64,000 nucleotides of DNA from NCBI GenBank assembly GCA_964654285.1, contig CAZZJC010000006.1:67288-131287 (forward strand), read 5' to 3'. Positions within the stretch are counted from its first letter, which is position 1, and each line of letters begins with the position of its first letter. Of this stretch, positions 34,181 to 44,526 are shown piece by piece. The notes under the pieces were generated by a model. The model searched no databases. It saw only the letters and a list, made by a program, of their open reading frames with translations, and had not been told where the DNA came from. The position numbers and the translations under genes are program-made. Source of the stretch: an uncultured Candidatus Kuenenia sp. (GTDB taxonomy: Bacteria; Planctomycetota; UBA11346).

Positions 34181-35044
34181 ATGCCTGACTTCAATTCCTT
34201 CCTGTTCGGCGTTGCCCTGCCTGCGGGCATAGCGCTGGTGTTCGCGGCCCTGGCCCGGTTGGGAGGGGTGGCGGTGGGACTCGCACCGCTGGGCGTCGGC
34301 CTGGCGGTCGCGGTGGCGCACGTCGCCCTGGTGGGCTGGCGCGGTCTGCCGCCGCCAAGTGTCGCGCATTGGCCGGGTCTGCTGGCGGGGTTTGCCGGAC
34401 TGGCGGCGGGGGTCGCGGTCGGCACGTCCGGGCGGTGGCGCTGGGTCGGGGCAGGGCTGCTCCTGGCGGTGATCGTCGCCGGGCAGTATCTGACCCATGA
34501 CGTTGCGGCGCATCGCGGGTTGTCGACGGGCTCGTTCGCCGCCCTGGTGGCGTGGTGGACGCTGGGAACCATCGTCGCAGCCGCCCTGTGGGCCGTTCCG
34601 GCGTGGGTGCAGCTGCCGTGGGCCGGTGCGCTCGCCCTGGTGGTCGGGGCCGCCGCGACGGCCGCATGCCATGAACGTCTGGCGGGCAGTCTGAGCCTGA
34701 TCCAGCTCTGCGGCGCCCTGGCCGCCGCCCTTGGGGCTGCGGGCGTGCTGGCGCGCTGGAAACCGTCACCGGCTATTGCGGCCGGTATCGGTCTTGCCGC
34801 TGCGGTCATCCTGGCCACCACGGTCAGCGTGGCCTACGAGACCAACGACCGGCCGTTCCCCTGGCCTTCCGTGATCGCCCTCGCCCTCGCTCCGCTCGGG
34901 CTGTTCGTCGCGCAGGCGCCGGGGCTCGCCAGCCGGCCGCGCCTGGGGCCGGCGCTCGGTCTGGTCGCGGTGGCGCTGATCGCCGGTTTCGCCGTGGCGT
35001 GGATCGTGCTGACGGCCGGCCCCGCGAAATCCTACGGGTACTGA
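34181..35044 (+). CDS. Hypothetical polytopic membrane protein
   Basis: MPDFNSFLFGVALPAGIALVFAAL... gives 287 aa with about 8 hydrophobic helices. GC3 is high in this frame. No family was recognised. Confidence 0.5.
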   Translation: MPDFNSFLFGVALPAGIALVFAALARLGGVAVGLAPLGVGLAVAVAHVALVGWRGLPPPSVAHWPGLLAGFAGLAAGVAVGTSGRWRWVGAGLLLAVIVAGQYLTHDVAAHRGLSTGSFAALVAWWTLGTIVAAALWAVPAWVQLPWAGALALVVGAAATAACHERLAGSLSLIQLCGALAAALGAAGVLARWKPSPAIAAGIGLAAAVILATTVSVAYETNDRPFPWPSVIALALAPLGLFVAQAPGLASRPRLGPALGLVAVALIAGFAVAWIVLTAGPAKSYGY

Positions 35045-35122
35045 CGTGCACTGACCTGGGCCGCCCCGGACTGGAAATCGGTGGCTGGGCCGCATCCTGC
35101 GCCGCCCACCCCGGAGGAACCC

Positions 35123-35884
35123 ATGGCCGAGTCTCCCGAAATCCCCGAAGCGAAAGACCCGTTCGGGCGCCGTGTCGCCATCACCATCGCGATCATCGCG
35201 ATCGTCCTCTCCGCGTTCACCGCCGTTGGCGACAACGCCAAGACCGAGGCGCTGGTGCGTACCACCGAGGCGGCCAACCGCTGGGCCTACTTCCAGTCCA
35301 AGAGCATCAAGGAGCACTCCTACGAACTGCAGAAGGAGCTGCTCCAGACCATGGCCCCGGGCACGATCGATGAGGGCAAACGCGTGGAACTGGTGAAGAA
35401 ATACGACAAGAAGATCGCCAAATACAAGGAGGAGAAGACCGACATCGGCTTCGGCCGCAAGGATGAGCACGGCCACTGGAAGGAGATCCAGGACGACCAG
35501 GGCAAGCCGCTCATCAGCGCGACCCAGCTCGAAGGCGAAGCCAAGCATGAACTGGCCGTGAACGACCGGTGTGACAATGCGGTGCTGCTCCTCCAGATCG
35601 CAGTGGTCCTGTGCTCGGTCGCCATTCTCGTGGAATTGCATGCGTTCTGGTACATCGGCATGGGTGTCGCGCTGGTCGGCGCCATCGTCGGGACCACCGC
35701 CCTGTTCATGCCCGAACACCATGAGGAGCACGGCACCGCGGTCAGCGCCCAGCCGCACGCGGCCAAGCCCGCTCAGGGCCCCGGCCACGAGGCGAAAGCG
35801 GCGGAGGGCAAGGCCGGTGATGGCAAGGCCGAATCCGCAGTGCCGAAGGGCGAGGTACCGATCGCCAGGCCGGACGCGCACTGA
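35123..35884 (+). CDS. DUF4337-family membrane protein
   Basis: MAESPEIPEAKDPFGRRVAITIAIIAIVLSAF...ANRWAYFQSKSIKE...ELLQ matches the DUF4337 N-terminal pattern. A second TM pair lies near residues 150-190. Confidence 0.6.
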   Translation: MAESPEIPEAKDPFGRRVAITIAIIAIVLSAFTAVGDNAKTEALVRTTEAANRWAYFQSKSIKEHSYELQKELLQTMAPGTIDEGKRVELVKKYDKKIAKYKEEKTDIGFGRKDEHGHWKEIQDDQGKPLISATQLEGEAKHELAVNDRCDNAVLLLQIAVVLCSVAILVELHAFWYIGMGVALVGAIVGTTALFMPEHHEEHGTAVSAQPHAAKPAQGPGHEAKAAEGKAGDGKAESAVPKGEVPIARPDAH

Positions 35885-35998
35885 ACCCTCAGGTGGACGT
35901 GGGAAGGCACCAGGAAGCCGCATACGGCAGCCGGCGGCGCGTGCTTGCGCGCTGACGCCGGGTCCGCAAGCATCCCGGCCCGCCCCAGGAGCTTCCCC

Positions 35999-37465
35999 AT
36001 GCCCGTCCTCGGCATCGATCTCGGCACGTCCGGCTGCAAAACGGTCCTCGTCGACCGTGACGGCCGCATCCTCGCCTCGGCCACCGCGTCGTATCCGCTC
36101 TCCAGCCCGAAGCCGCTGTGGAGCGAGCAGGATCCCGCCGACTGGTGGAAGGGCGTGGTCGCGTCGGTGCGCGAGGTGCTCGCCGCCGCGCCGGGCCAGA
36201 CCGTCGAGGGCCTCGGCATCGGCGGCCAGATGCACGGCGCGACGCTGCTCGACGCTGATGATCAAGTGGTGCGCCCGGCGATCCTCTGGAACGACGGCCG
36301 CTGCCAGGAGGAGTGCGACCTTCTCCACACGAAGGTGAAGGATCTCATCAAGGAGACCGGCAACCGCGCCCTGGTCGGCTTCACCGCGCCGAAGCTGCTG
36401 TGGGTGCAGCGGCATGAGCCGAAAGTCTGGAAACGCGTGCGCAGCGTTCTGCTGCCCAAGGACTACGTGCGCTTCCTGCTCACCGGCGAGAAGGTCGCCG
36501 AGATGTCGGACGGCGCCGGCATGCTGCTCATGGATGTCGCCAGGCGGCGCTGGTCGGCGAAGCTGCTCAAGGCCTGCAACATCACCGAAGCCTACCTCGG
36601 CCGCCTGATCGAGGGCAGCGAGGTCGCCGGCCTCGTCACCGCTGCGGCAGCGGCGGAGCTCGGCATCCCCGCCGGCACGCCGGTGGTCGGCGGCGCGGGC
36701 GACCAGGCGGCGGGCGCGATCGGTGCCGGCTGCGTGACGCCCGGCTTCACCACCATCGCGATCGGCACTTCCGGCGTGGTGTTCACCACCACCGCCGGCT
36801 ACAAGCCCGACCGCCTGGGCCGCCTGCACACGTTCTGCCACGCCCTGCCGGGGCGCTGGCACCAGATGGGCGTGATGCTGTCGGCCGCTGGTTCCTTCCA
36901 GTGGTTCCGCGACACCCTCGCCCCCGGCCAGGATTTCGGCGCCTTGGCCGAGGCCGCCGGCGCCGCGCCCATCGGCTGCGAAGGCCTGACCTTCCTGCCC
37001 TACCTGACCGGCGAGCGCACCCCGCACGCCGACGCCCTCGCGCGCGGCGCGTTCGTCGGCCTCACCCGCCGCCACGACCTGCCGCACCTGACGCGCGCGG
37101 TGCTCGAAGGCATCTGCTGCGGCCTGGCCGACAGCCTGGCGCTGATCCGCGCCGGCGGCACCACGGTCAGCGAAGCCACCGTCACCGGCGGCGGCACCCG
37201 TTCCGCCGTGTGGATGCAGATGCTCGCCGACATCGGCAACGTGCGCATCGTCCTGCGCGACGGTGCCGACGCCGGGCCCGCACTTGGCGGCGCGCGCCTC
37301 GCCCTCATCGGCTGCTGCGGCGTCAGCGCCGCGAAGGCCTGCAAGCCCGGCCCGATCGTGAAGACGTTCTCCCCGATCCGCGCCAACGTGAAGGCCTACC
37401 AGCCGGTGCTGGCGCGCTTCGCCGGGCTATGGCCGGCGCTCAAGCCGTATTGCCATTCGGTCTAA
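35999..37465 (+). CDS. FGGY-family carbohydrate kinase, xylulokinase (XylB)-like
   Basis: MPVLGIDLGTSGCKTVLVD...GIGGQMHGATLLDADDQVVRPAILWNDGR...TGGGTRS are FGGY N- and C-domain motifs. Confidence 0.8.
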   Translation: MPVLGIDLGTSGCKTVLVDRDGRILASATASYPLSSPKPLWSEQDPADWWKGVVASVREVLAAAPGQTVEGLGIGGQMHGATLLDADDQVVRPAILWNDGRCQEECDLLHTKVKDLIKETGNRALVGFTAPKLLWVQRHEPKVWKRVRSVLLPKDYVRFLLTGEKVAEMSDGAGMLLMDVARRRWSAKLLKACNITEAYLGRLIEGSEVAGLVTAAAAAELGIPAGTPVVGGAGDQAAGAIGAGCVTPGFTTIAIGTSGVVFTTTAGYKPDRLGRLHTFCHALPGRWHQMGVMLSAAGSFQWFRDTLAPGQDFGALAEAAGAAPIGCEGLTFLPYLTGERTPHADALARGAFVGLTRRHDLPHLTRAVLEGICCGLADSLALIRAGGTTVSEATVTGGGTRSAVWMQMLADIGNVRIVLRDGADAGPALGGARLALIGCCGVSAAKACKPGPIVKTFSPIRANVKAYQPVLARFAGLWPALKPYCHSV

Positions 37466-37559
37466 TCGGAGCGTCGATGTCCACATCGACGGGGTTCGCT
37501 AACAGCGACGGTGATGTGGACATCGCCGCTCCTTGATTCGCGCCGTGCAGCGCCAACCC

Positions 37560-38705
37560 CTACTTCGCCGCGCGGCACAGCGCCTGCAATTTGTCGCCGT
37601 AGAGGCCGATGCGCTTGGCCCCGAGCTGCGGCACGGCGGTGAGATCCTCGGCGCCGTGCCGCTTGAGGTGTTCGAGCGCCTTCGCCGGCAGCACCGCCTG
37701 GAGCGGCACCTGGCGCCGTTCGGCTTCGCTGCGGCGCCAGTCCTTCAGGCGGCGTTCGCGGTCCTCCTCCGCCGGTTCGACCTCGCGGTGGTGCGCGCGC
37801 GGCGGCAGGTCGGGCGGCGCCGTGCGCGCGCTGCGGATGACCTCGATCAGGGCGTCGCCGTGGCTGGCGAGCAATCTGCCATGCACACCGCAATGCTTGA
37901 GCTGCTGGTAGCTGGTCGGCGTCTTGCGTGCGAGCACCAGCAGGAGTTCGCCGTTGAGCAGCCGGCCGGGCGGCAGGTCGAGCTCGCGCGCGACGGCGTC
38001 GCGCCAGGACCACAGCGCGGCGAGCACCCCGTGCGCGTTCGGCCCGAGGTCGCGCACGCCCTTGATGCGCCAGAAGCCGCCCGGATCGAAGCCGCCGCTC
38101 CAGCGCGCGTCGCGCACGGCGGCGTTGGCGATCGCCAGCTCCTCGACCAGGTCGGCGGCGGCGATCGCGGCCGTCAGGTGCTCGTGCACCGCCGGCAGGT
38201 GGACGACATCATCGACGGCGTAGCGCAGCGCACCGGGATCGATCGGGCGCTTGGCCCAGTCGTAGTGGGTGAAGGCTTTTTCCAGCTTCACGCCGCAGAT
38301 CTTCTCGACCACGGCGGCGTAGCCGGTCTGCGGCCAGCCGAGCATCGACGCGGCCTGCTGCGAGTCCCAGACCCGGCCGAGGCCGATCCCGAAGTCGCGG
38401 CGCAGCGTCCCCGCGTCGTATTCGCCGCCATGCAGCAGCACGGTGCGGGCGGGGTCCGCGAGCAGCGCCGCGAGCGGGGCCAGGGCCGCGCTGGGCGTGG
38501 TTTCCGCGCCGCCCATCAGCGCCAGCGTGTCGATCAGGAACAGCGTCCCGCCCGCGTTGAGCTGGAGCAGGCACATCCGCTCGCGGTAGGCGTGCATCGA
38601 ATTGCCTTCGCTGTCGAGCCCGAGCCACGGGCTGGCGGCCACCGCCGCCACCACCGCCGGCAGGTCTTCACGGCGATCGATCCACGTCCAATGGGGGTCA
38701 GGCAT
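37560..38705 (-). CDS. rnd: Ribonuclease D (3'-5' exonuclease DEDDy domain plus HRDC domain)
   Basis: WLGLDSEGNSMHAYRERMCLLQL is Exo motif I; ...YAVDDVVHL is Exo motif III; a C-terminal HRDC-like region follows. Confidence 0.85.
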   Translation of the reverse strand: MPDPHWTWIDRREDLPAVVAAVAASPWLGLDSEGNSMHAYRERMCLLQLNAGGTLFLIDTLALMGGAETTPSAALAPLAALLADPARTVLLHGGEYDAGTLRRDFGIGLGRVWDSQQAASMLGWPQTGYAAVVEKICGVKLEKAFTHYDWAKRPIDPGALRYAVDDVVHLPAVHEHLTAAIAAADLVEELAIANAAVRDARWSGGFDPGGFWRIKGVRDLGPNAHGVLAALWSWRDAVARELDLPPGRLLNGELLLVLARKTPTSYQQLKHCGVHGRLLASHGDALIEVIRSARTAPPDLPPRAHHREVEPAEEDRERRLKDWRRSEAERRQVPLQAVLPAKALEHLKRHGAEDLTAVPQLGAKRIGLYGDKLQALCRAAK

Positions 38706-38920
38706 GCCGGGATCACAGAATGCGGGGGGCGGGGGTCAATGACGGCGGTCGGCGGCGGGAGCGACTGCGGAAGACGATGGTGCTCATATCACCCCCTAGT
38801 TATTGCAAATGGTTCTCAGTACTATTTACTATTAACATAGTACTTATTCGTGGTCATGCTTGGTCCCAGCGCCGCCGCCACCCTGATGTCCAGGAGTGGC
38901 GCAACCCGGCCGGAAATCCC

Positions 38921-39781
38921 ATGCCCGTCCATCCCCTCCCGACCCGCCGCCATCAGTTCAGCCAGTTCCAGATTGTCGCTTCGCTGGGCCTGGCGGTGCT
39001 CGCCCTTGCGCCAGCCGCTGCGAGCGAGCGCCTGTTCACCTACACCAGCCAGAGCGATGTCCTGGCCGAAGGCGAACACGAAGCCGAGTTGTGGACCACC
39101 GTCCGGCATGGCCGCCTGGGATACTACCACGCGGTCGACACCCGTCTGGAGCTCGAAATCGGGGTCGCCCCCGGCTGGATGGCGGCGGCCTACCTCAACT
39201 GGTCGAGCGCCACCGAGACCGATCCCGCCACCGACATCACGACCCACACCAGCGAAGTACAGGGCGCCTCCTTCGAGGTGGTGCGGAAGTTCAGCGACGC
39301 CAGCGCCGACCTGGTGGGGTTCGCCCTGTATACCGAGGCGACCCTGGGATCGGAGGAGAACGAATACGAAGTGAAGGCGATCGCCGACAAGCGCCTGGGG
39401 CGCGGCCTCGCGGCGATGAACCTCGTCTACGCCCTGGAGCAGGAGAACGATGGCCACCACGGCCGGCCCGAGCACGAATTCGGCCTGAACCTGGCCTACA
39501 GCCATCCGGTGGGCACCGGCCTGGCGGTCGGACTCGAAGCCCGCCTGGTATCGGCGTTCATCCATGACGACCAACGTGGATCCTGGCGCGCCGAATACGC
39601 GACCCTGTACGCCGGTCCGGCGGTGCACTTCAGCCGGGGCCAGTTCTGGGCGACGTTGACCTTCACTCCGCAGCTGCATGCGTTCGTCAACGACACCGGC
39701 AGCGATCAGGCCGGGAAGAATCTCGAACTGGAACACCAGGAGCGCTGGCATGCGCGGCTCATCGTCGGCACCCACTTCTGA
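38921..39781 (+). CDS. Putative outer-membrane β-barrel protein
   Basis: The signal peptide is MPVHPLPTRRHQFSQFQIVASLGLAVLALAPAAAS. Alternating amphipathic strands follow, and the C-terminal residue is Phe (…LIVGTHF). The start is placed at M68 of the listed ORF. Confidence 0.5.
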   Translation: MPVHPLPTRRHQFSQFQIVASLGLAVLALAPAAASERLFTYTSQSDVLAEGEHEAELWTTVRHGRLGYYHAVDTRLELEIGVAPGWMAAAYLNWSSATETDPATDITTHTSEVQGASFEVVRKFSDASADLVGFALYTEATLGSEENEYEVKAIADKRLGRGLAAMNLVYALEQENDGHHGRPEHEFGLNLAYSHPVGTGLAVGLEARLVSAFIHDDQRGSWRAEYATLYAGPAVHFSRGQFWATLTFTPQLHAFVNDTGSDQAGKNLELEHQERWHARLIVGTHF

Positions 39782-39824
39782 ACCGTCTGCATGCAGGACG
39801 CGGCCCTGGCTCGTCGTTCCCGTC

Positions 39825-40118
39825 GTGGCCGGTTGCCTGGTCACCGCCGCCGCCTGTGCGCCGGCGGTGCCGCGGGTGACGCCCCGCCTCGTCGCGGTGG
39901 CGGGGCCGGGAGCGGACGCGACCACGCTGGAACAGGGCCGGCGGATCTACGTCGAACGCTGTTCGACCTGCCACGCCCTGCCGCGACCGGCCGACTACAC
40001 CGCCGAGCAGTGGCGGGATTGGCTGCGACGCATGGCGCCCAAGGGCAAGCTGGATGCGACGGAATCGGCGCGTGCGCTCGATTTCCTGCTCGCCGCCCGG
40101 CAGGTGCCACCGGAGTGA
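39825..40118 (+). CDS. Small putative c-type cytochrome-like lipoprotein (CXXCH)
   Basis: ...AGCLVTAAACAPA resembles a lipobox. RRIYVERCSTCHALPRPADYTAEQWRDWLRRM contains a CXXCH haem-binding motif. A GTG start is proposed; the listed ORF 39678..40118 has a dubious upstream extension. Confidence 0.4.
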   Translation: MAGCLVTAAACAPAVPRVTPRLVAVAGPGADATTLEQGRRIYVERCSTCHALPRPADYTAEQWRDWLRRMAPKGKLDATESARALDFLLAARQVPPE

Positions 40119-40176
40119 ATCGCGTCCGTCTGGCGATTGCCTCGGCCGATCGCACGGATCTCATCCGTGCCGCATG

Positions 40177-40470
40177 ACTGACCCCGCCGTCGATTCCGGC
40201 TTGGCCGCCCAGACCAACCTGCCCTGCCACGCCGACCTGTTCGACCTGCTGGTCTGCCCCGAGGCCCGTGCGCCGCTGAAGTGGGTGGAGAACCGGCTCG
40301 TCTCGACCGATCCGGCGACGCGCCGGGCCTATCGTGTGGAACAGGGCATCCCGATCATGCTGGTGCAGGAATCCGTGGTACTCGCCGAGGCGGAATGGAA
40401 CCGGCTGATGGCGCTGCCCGGCCCGGTCGGGGCGGGCGCCGCTGCCGTGCGGGCGCGGCCGCAGGCCTGA
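40177..40470 (+). CDS. Trm112/YcaR-like (DUF343) small protein
   Basis: LFDLLVCPEARAPLKW...YRVEQGIPIMLVQESV matches the Trm112p-like family signature (LL.CP......L.........Y.V..GIP.ML..E). Confidence 0.6.
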   Translation, partial: TDPAVDSGLAAQTNLPCHADLFDLLVCPEARAPLKWVENRLVSTDPATRRAYRVEQGIPIMLVQESVVLAEAEWNRLMALPGPVGAGAAAVRARPQA

Positions 40471-40474
40471 ACCG

Positions 40475-40756
40475 TTGGCGATGGACCAGGCTTGCGGGCC
40501 AGGTGGCGCGCTGCACCCGCACTGGCGGCAGGTGCGGATCCTGCTCCACCGCACCGGGACCGGGATGCACCTCGACCTCATCTTCACCGGCGGAGCCCGT
40601 TGTCCGACCCTGACGGTGCATGGACGCGATCCGCGCCGGTTCCTCGCCCGTCTGGGCCGTCAGCGGATCACCCTCCGCTGCGGCGCCGGACCGGCATGCC
40701 GGAGCCACGGCATGATCGCCGTTTGGAACAAGCCACATCGTCGCCGATACCTGAGT
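40475..40756 (+). CDS. Hypothetical small protein (uncertain)
   Basis: High GC3 is seen in this frame for about 90 codons (MAMDQACGPGGALHPHWRQVRILLHRTGTGMHLDLIFTGG...), then decays. No family was recognised. Confidence 0.25.
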
Positions 40757-41088
40757 TGTTCCGGCCCGATCGGCGGTGGTCGCGGGGTGGTCGAAACGAC
40801 CCGGATCGCCGCGCGTGGGCGTTTCATGCGATTGCGTCATGGATGGTCAATCGTCATCGCCGCAGTCACTTTTATTGAGGATTCACCAACGGGTTGACGA
40901 ACCCAGGTACGGTTCCGGTAGCCGCGAGTGATTGATCCATAGGTAAAAACCAGAGATTCGTGCGGGCCGAGGCCCGCCGATCACGGCACTATCCGTCAAT
41001 CTGTTGGTGAATCCTGAATAGTCGGAATTTTCACGGGCGTTCCCGATCCCAGGGTTGTCCTGACTGGCAGAGGTCCGAGGATCCGGGC

Positions 41089-42177
41089 ATGAGCGATCGG
41101 GACACGACCGACACCCACGACTATGGGGACAGCACGGCCGAGATCCGCACCAGCGCCCTGCTGCAGCGGCGGCAGGAGCACAGCGCCGCGTTTGAAGCCA
41201 CGCTCAAGGAGATCTTCCTCACCCAGCAGGTGCAGCTGATCGAACCGCTCGCCAAGGGCACCAAGGAGACGGTGGTCTATGGCGGCGTCTACCACGGCGA
41301 GGAGGTCGCGGTCAAGATCTACGCCCCGGCGGTGGACGAGCTCGACGACTGCATCTCGGCCTATGGCGCCTTCAAGGTCGAGTGCGAGAAGACGATGATC
41401 CTGTCGCGCCGCTCGAAGGCGATCCTGCAAGTCATCGAGTACGGCGACGCCGAACTGCCGCGCGACCTGCCGGATGAGCTCAAGGACTTCTTCCCGCTCC
41501 GGCTGCTGCCGTTCATGATCACCGAACGGGCCCGATTCGGTTCGCTCGACAAGGTGCTGCGCCAGCGCCGCCACCTGCCCGGCTTCGACCGCACCAGCCT
41601 GCTCGAAGCGCTGACCACCGCGACCGACGGCATCAAGGAGGCGCACGACCACTTCGTCGCGCACCGCGACATCAAGCCGCAGAACATCCTGATCTTCAGC
41701 CCCGGCCAGGGGAAGATCGCCGACTTCGGCATCGCCCGCTGGCGTTCGCGCCGGGTCAACCGCGAGTCCGCCCTGCTGACGCCCAAGTACGCCAGCCCGG
41801 AACAGGCGTTCTACGCCCTCACCGGTGAACGCGAATCGCTGGTCGACATGCGCGGCGACGTGTATTCGTGGGCGATCATGGTGTTCGAGGTCGTCACCGG
41901 CGTGCATCCCTTCGCCTGGGTCATCCGCAACGATGTCGAACCGCTGGTCAACCAGCGCGCGATCCTCAAGACCATCGCCGCCAACGACCGCCGCGGCTTC
42001 ACCCCGACCGGCGACATCACCTTCGACAGCCTGATGTACAACTGCACCTGCGACATGAAGCACCGCATTGCCGACATCTCGCTCGCCAACCGCGTCCTGC
42101 GCCAGCTCGTGCAGCGCCGGCGGCTGCGCAGCGAGGAGGAGCAGAGCAGCAGTTTTCCCGGCAGCCGGCGGCCCTGA
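41089..42177 (+). CDS. Hanks-type Ser/Thr protein kinase
   Basis: VAVKIY carries the VAIK lysine; HRDIKPQNIL is the catalytic loop; KIADFGIA is the DFG motif; ASPEQ is the APE motif. Confidence 0.85.
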   Translation: MSDRDTTDTHDYGDSTAEIRTSALLQRRQEHSAAFEATLKEIFLTQQVQLIEPLAKGTKETVVYGGVYHGEEVAVKIYAPAVDELDDCISAYGAFKVECEKTMILSRRSKAILQVIEYGDAELPRDLPDELKDFFPLRLLPFMITERARFGSLDKVLRQRRHLPGFDRTSLLEALTTATDGIKEAHDHFVAHRDIKPQNILIFSPGQGKIADFGIARWRSRRVNRESALLTPKYASPEQAFYALTGERESLVDMRGDVYSWAIMVFEVVTGVHPFAWVIRNDVEPLVNQRAILKTIAANDRRGFTPTGDITFDSLMYNCTCDMKHRIADISLANRVLRQLVQRRRLRSEEEQSSSFPGSRRP

Positions 42178-42319
42178 CCGGCAACGCGGCGTCCGGGTCG
42201 GACGCGGGTCCGCATCGCCGGTGATCGCAGCGGGGCCTTGCCGGATGCGACGGTGCATCTAGCTTCACCGCGTTCCTGGCCGCACCCCCTGCGCCTCCGC
42301 GCGCCCATCCGGAGCCACC

Positions 42320-42994
42320 ATGCCCTCCACCCTGCGCCTGCTGCTCGTTCCCGCCGCCCTCCTCGCCATCGCCGGCTGCGAACTGCGTCCGCCGAGCGAC
42401 GACGGCGCCGCCTCCAGCGCGGGGCCCGAGGCGGTGGTGATCGCCGAGGGCCAGCGCAACCAGGCGGTCGAGAACTCGGCGCGGGCCCAGGCCCTGGAAA
42501 AGGAGAACCGGGCGCTCAAGGCGAAGATCAGCAACCAGGAGGCCGCCCTCCAGGAACGCCAGGGTTCGTCCCTGGGCTCCACCCTCAGCGTCGGCGGCCT
42601 GTCCGGCACCGGCTTCGAGACCACCTCCGACGGCGCGATCGCGCTCTCCGACGACTTCGCCTTCGCCAAGGGCAAGGCCGAGCTGACCAGCGACGGGCAC
42701 AAGGCGATCAAGACCATCGCCGCCAAGCTCAACGAGGGCGACCTCGCCGGCGCCAAGGTCATCGTCGAAGGCCACACCGACGACACCAAGGTGTCGCGCG
42801 CCAGCACCAAGGAGCGCTTCGGTGACAACTGGGGCCTCTCGGCCGCCCGTGCCGCCGCCGTGGTCACCGCCCTGGAAGAGGCCGGCGTGAAGGCCGACCG
42901 CCTGCGCGGCGCCTTCCGTGGCGAGCACGCCCCGCGCGTGACCGGTTCCGACAAGGCCAAGAACCGCCGGGTCGAGATCCGCGTCCAGCGCTGA
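42320..42994 (+). CDS. OmpA-family lipoprotein (C-terminal OmpA-like peptidoglycan-binding domain)
   Basis: LLAIAGC is a lipobox. The C-terminus has FAFAKGKAELT...VEGHTDDT...NWGLSAARAAAV...NRRVEIRV, the OmpA_C motifs. Confidence 0.85.
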   Translation: MPSTLRLLLVPAALLAIAGCELRPPSDDGAASSAGPEAVVIAEGQRNQAVENSARAQALEKENRALKAKISNQEAALQERQGSSLGSTLSVGGLSGTGFETTSDGAIALSDDFAFAKGKAELTSDGHKAIKTIAAKLNEGDLAGAKVIVEGHTDDTKVSRASTKERFGDNWGLSAARAAAVVTALEEAGVKADRLRGAFRGEHAPRVTGSDKAKNRRVEIRVQR

Positions 42995-43065
42995 ACCTGC
43001 GATCAGCGCCTGTTTCCCGTGCGGGCGGCCATCCCGGCCGCCCGCCGTCGTTGGTGGAACCGTCC

Positions 43066-44355
43066 ATGCCGAGAACGCCCATCCTTGCCTGCGTGGCGCT
43101 GGCCGCCGTCCTCGCGGCCGCAGCGGGTGAACCGCCGCCCGTCGCGCCCGCCCAGGATCCGACCGTGAGCGGACCCGAGAACCGCATCGACCGCGAGATC
43201 CGCCGGGTCAACCAGACCACCATCACCTTCGTCGAGGTCTTCGTCCGCGCGCTCGAACGCCAGCGCGACCTCGAGGAGCGCGGCCGGCCGCTGCCCGCCC
43301 GCGCCGACATGCCGCGCTTCCTCCTCGAATGCCTGGAGGAGCTCACCGACGAGGAGCTGATCATCCAGAAGGCGACCGAGCTCGGGATCAAGCCCGACAG
43401 CGAACGCATCAAGCGCGAAGTGCTGGAGGACGCCAGGCGCATCGGCCGCGGGATCGACCAGCGTTCGCTCGTCATGGAGCGCAAGCGGCGCGAACGCACG
43501 ACCACCATCAACTACGTGCTGGGCTGGTTCGAGCAGCGCACCTCGCTCGTCACGCCCGAGGCGATGATCGACGAATACCGGCGCTCCAGCGCGGAATTCA
43601 AGCGGCCGGCGCGGGCGCACGTGCTGCAGATCTGCGTCGCCCCCGCCGGGGCGGCCGAACGCGCCGCCGTCGCGCGCGACCAGGCGGATCTGCTCAAGCG
43701 CGCCCAGCGCGCCGGCGTCGGGGCCGAGGTCAAGGCCCTCGCCGACGCCTGCCTCGCGGAATACCTCGAGGCCGCACCGGCGCGGCAGGCGGAACTGCTC
43801 GACCGCCTGACCGCCGGACTGGCCGACCTCGCCGGCCGCGAGGGCCTGTCGGCCGATGATGCCGCCCTGGCGGCCACGGCCCGCAAGCTGCGCGAGGCCG
43901 CCGCCAACCTGCGCGATGAGGCCCAGACCCGCGCCGCCCTCGAAGCGCTGCGCCAGCGTCTCGACGGCCTGGAACCCGCCGCGCGCGAGGCGGAGTTCCG
44001 CGCCGCCGCCAAGGCCATGTCGAGCGGGCCGAACGCCGCCGAGGGCGGCGACCTCGGCGCCACCGTCGAACCCGGCACGTATTCCGCCGAGTTCGACGCC
44101 CAGGCCTTCTCCATCCCGGTCGGCCGGGTCTCGCCGGTCTTCACCGCGCGCGGCCTGCTCTGCCTGATCCTGGTGCGCGAGCGCCGCGAGGCGCGCGTGC
44201 TCTCCTTCGACGAGGTGTCCGGGGGGCTGGATCGCAGCCTGACCCAGGCGCGGCGCGAGGCGCTGCGCACCGCGATCGTGCGCGTGCTGCGCTCCCGCGC
44301 GCAGATCAGCGACCTCGATCTCAGCAGCCTGCGCGAACTGCCGCCGCCCCGTTAG
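43066..44355 (+). CDS. SurA/PpiD-like periplasmic chaperone with a parvulin-type PPIase domain
   Basis: A signal peptide is followed by a SurA_N-like helical region, then GGDLGATVEPGTYSAEFDAQAFSIPVGRVSPVFTARGLLCLILV, a parvulin rotamase motif. Confidence 0.7.
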   Translation: MPRTPILACVALAAVLAAAAGEPPPVAPAQDPTVSGPENRIDREIRRVNQTTITFVEVFVRALERQRDLEERGRPLPARADMPRFLLECLEELTDEELIIQKATELGIKPDSERIKREVLEDARRIGRGIDQRSLVMERKRRERTTTINYVLGWFEQRTSLVTPEAMIDEYRRSSAEFKRPARAHVLQICVAPAGAAERAAVARDQADLLKRAQRAGVGAEVKALADACLAEYLEAAPARQAELLDRLTAGLADLAGREGLSADDAALAATARKLREAAANLRDEAQTRAALEALRQRLDGLEPAAREAEFRAAAKAMSSGPNAAEGGDLGATVEPGTYSAEFDAQAFSIPVGRVSPVFTARGLLCLILVRERREARVLSFDEVSGGLDRSLTQARREALRTAIVRVLRSRAQISDLDLSSLRELPPPR

Positions 44356-44522
44356 CAGCGGGGTTCCACCCTGCCTGTTTTTTCAGCGGGGTTCCACCCC
44401 GCCACGCCCCGCCAGGGCTCTGCCCTGGACCCGGATTGCCCGGAAGGGCTGTTAGCCGCGGGGTTCCACCCCGCCACGCCCCGCCAGGGCTCTGCCCTGG
44501 ACCCGGATTGCCCGGAAGGGCT
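44351..44522. repeat. Tandem direct repeat, 72-bp unit, two full copies plus one diverged partial copy, internally palindromic
   Basis: The unit is gttagccgcggggttccaccccgccacgccccgccagggctctgccctggacccggattgcccggaagggct. Identical copies lie at 44386-44450 and 44458-44522, with a partial copy at 44351-44385. It contains the hairpin cagggcTCTgccctg. Confidence 0.9.
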
Positions 44523-44526
44523 CACC

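Noticed and set aside
30786-37087. Long minus-strand ORFs (814 aa, 773 aa, 273 aa and others) overlapping hydG, marR, yceI, the inverted-repeat spacer and the FGGY kinase
   Set aside because: These are high-GC mirror-frame artefacts. Their translations are Arg/Gly/Ala-rich and lack motifs, while the opposite-strand genes have clear family signatures.
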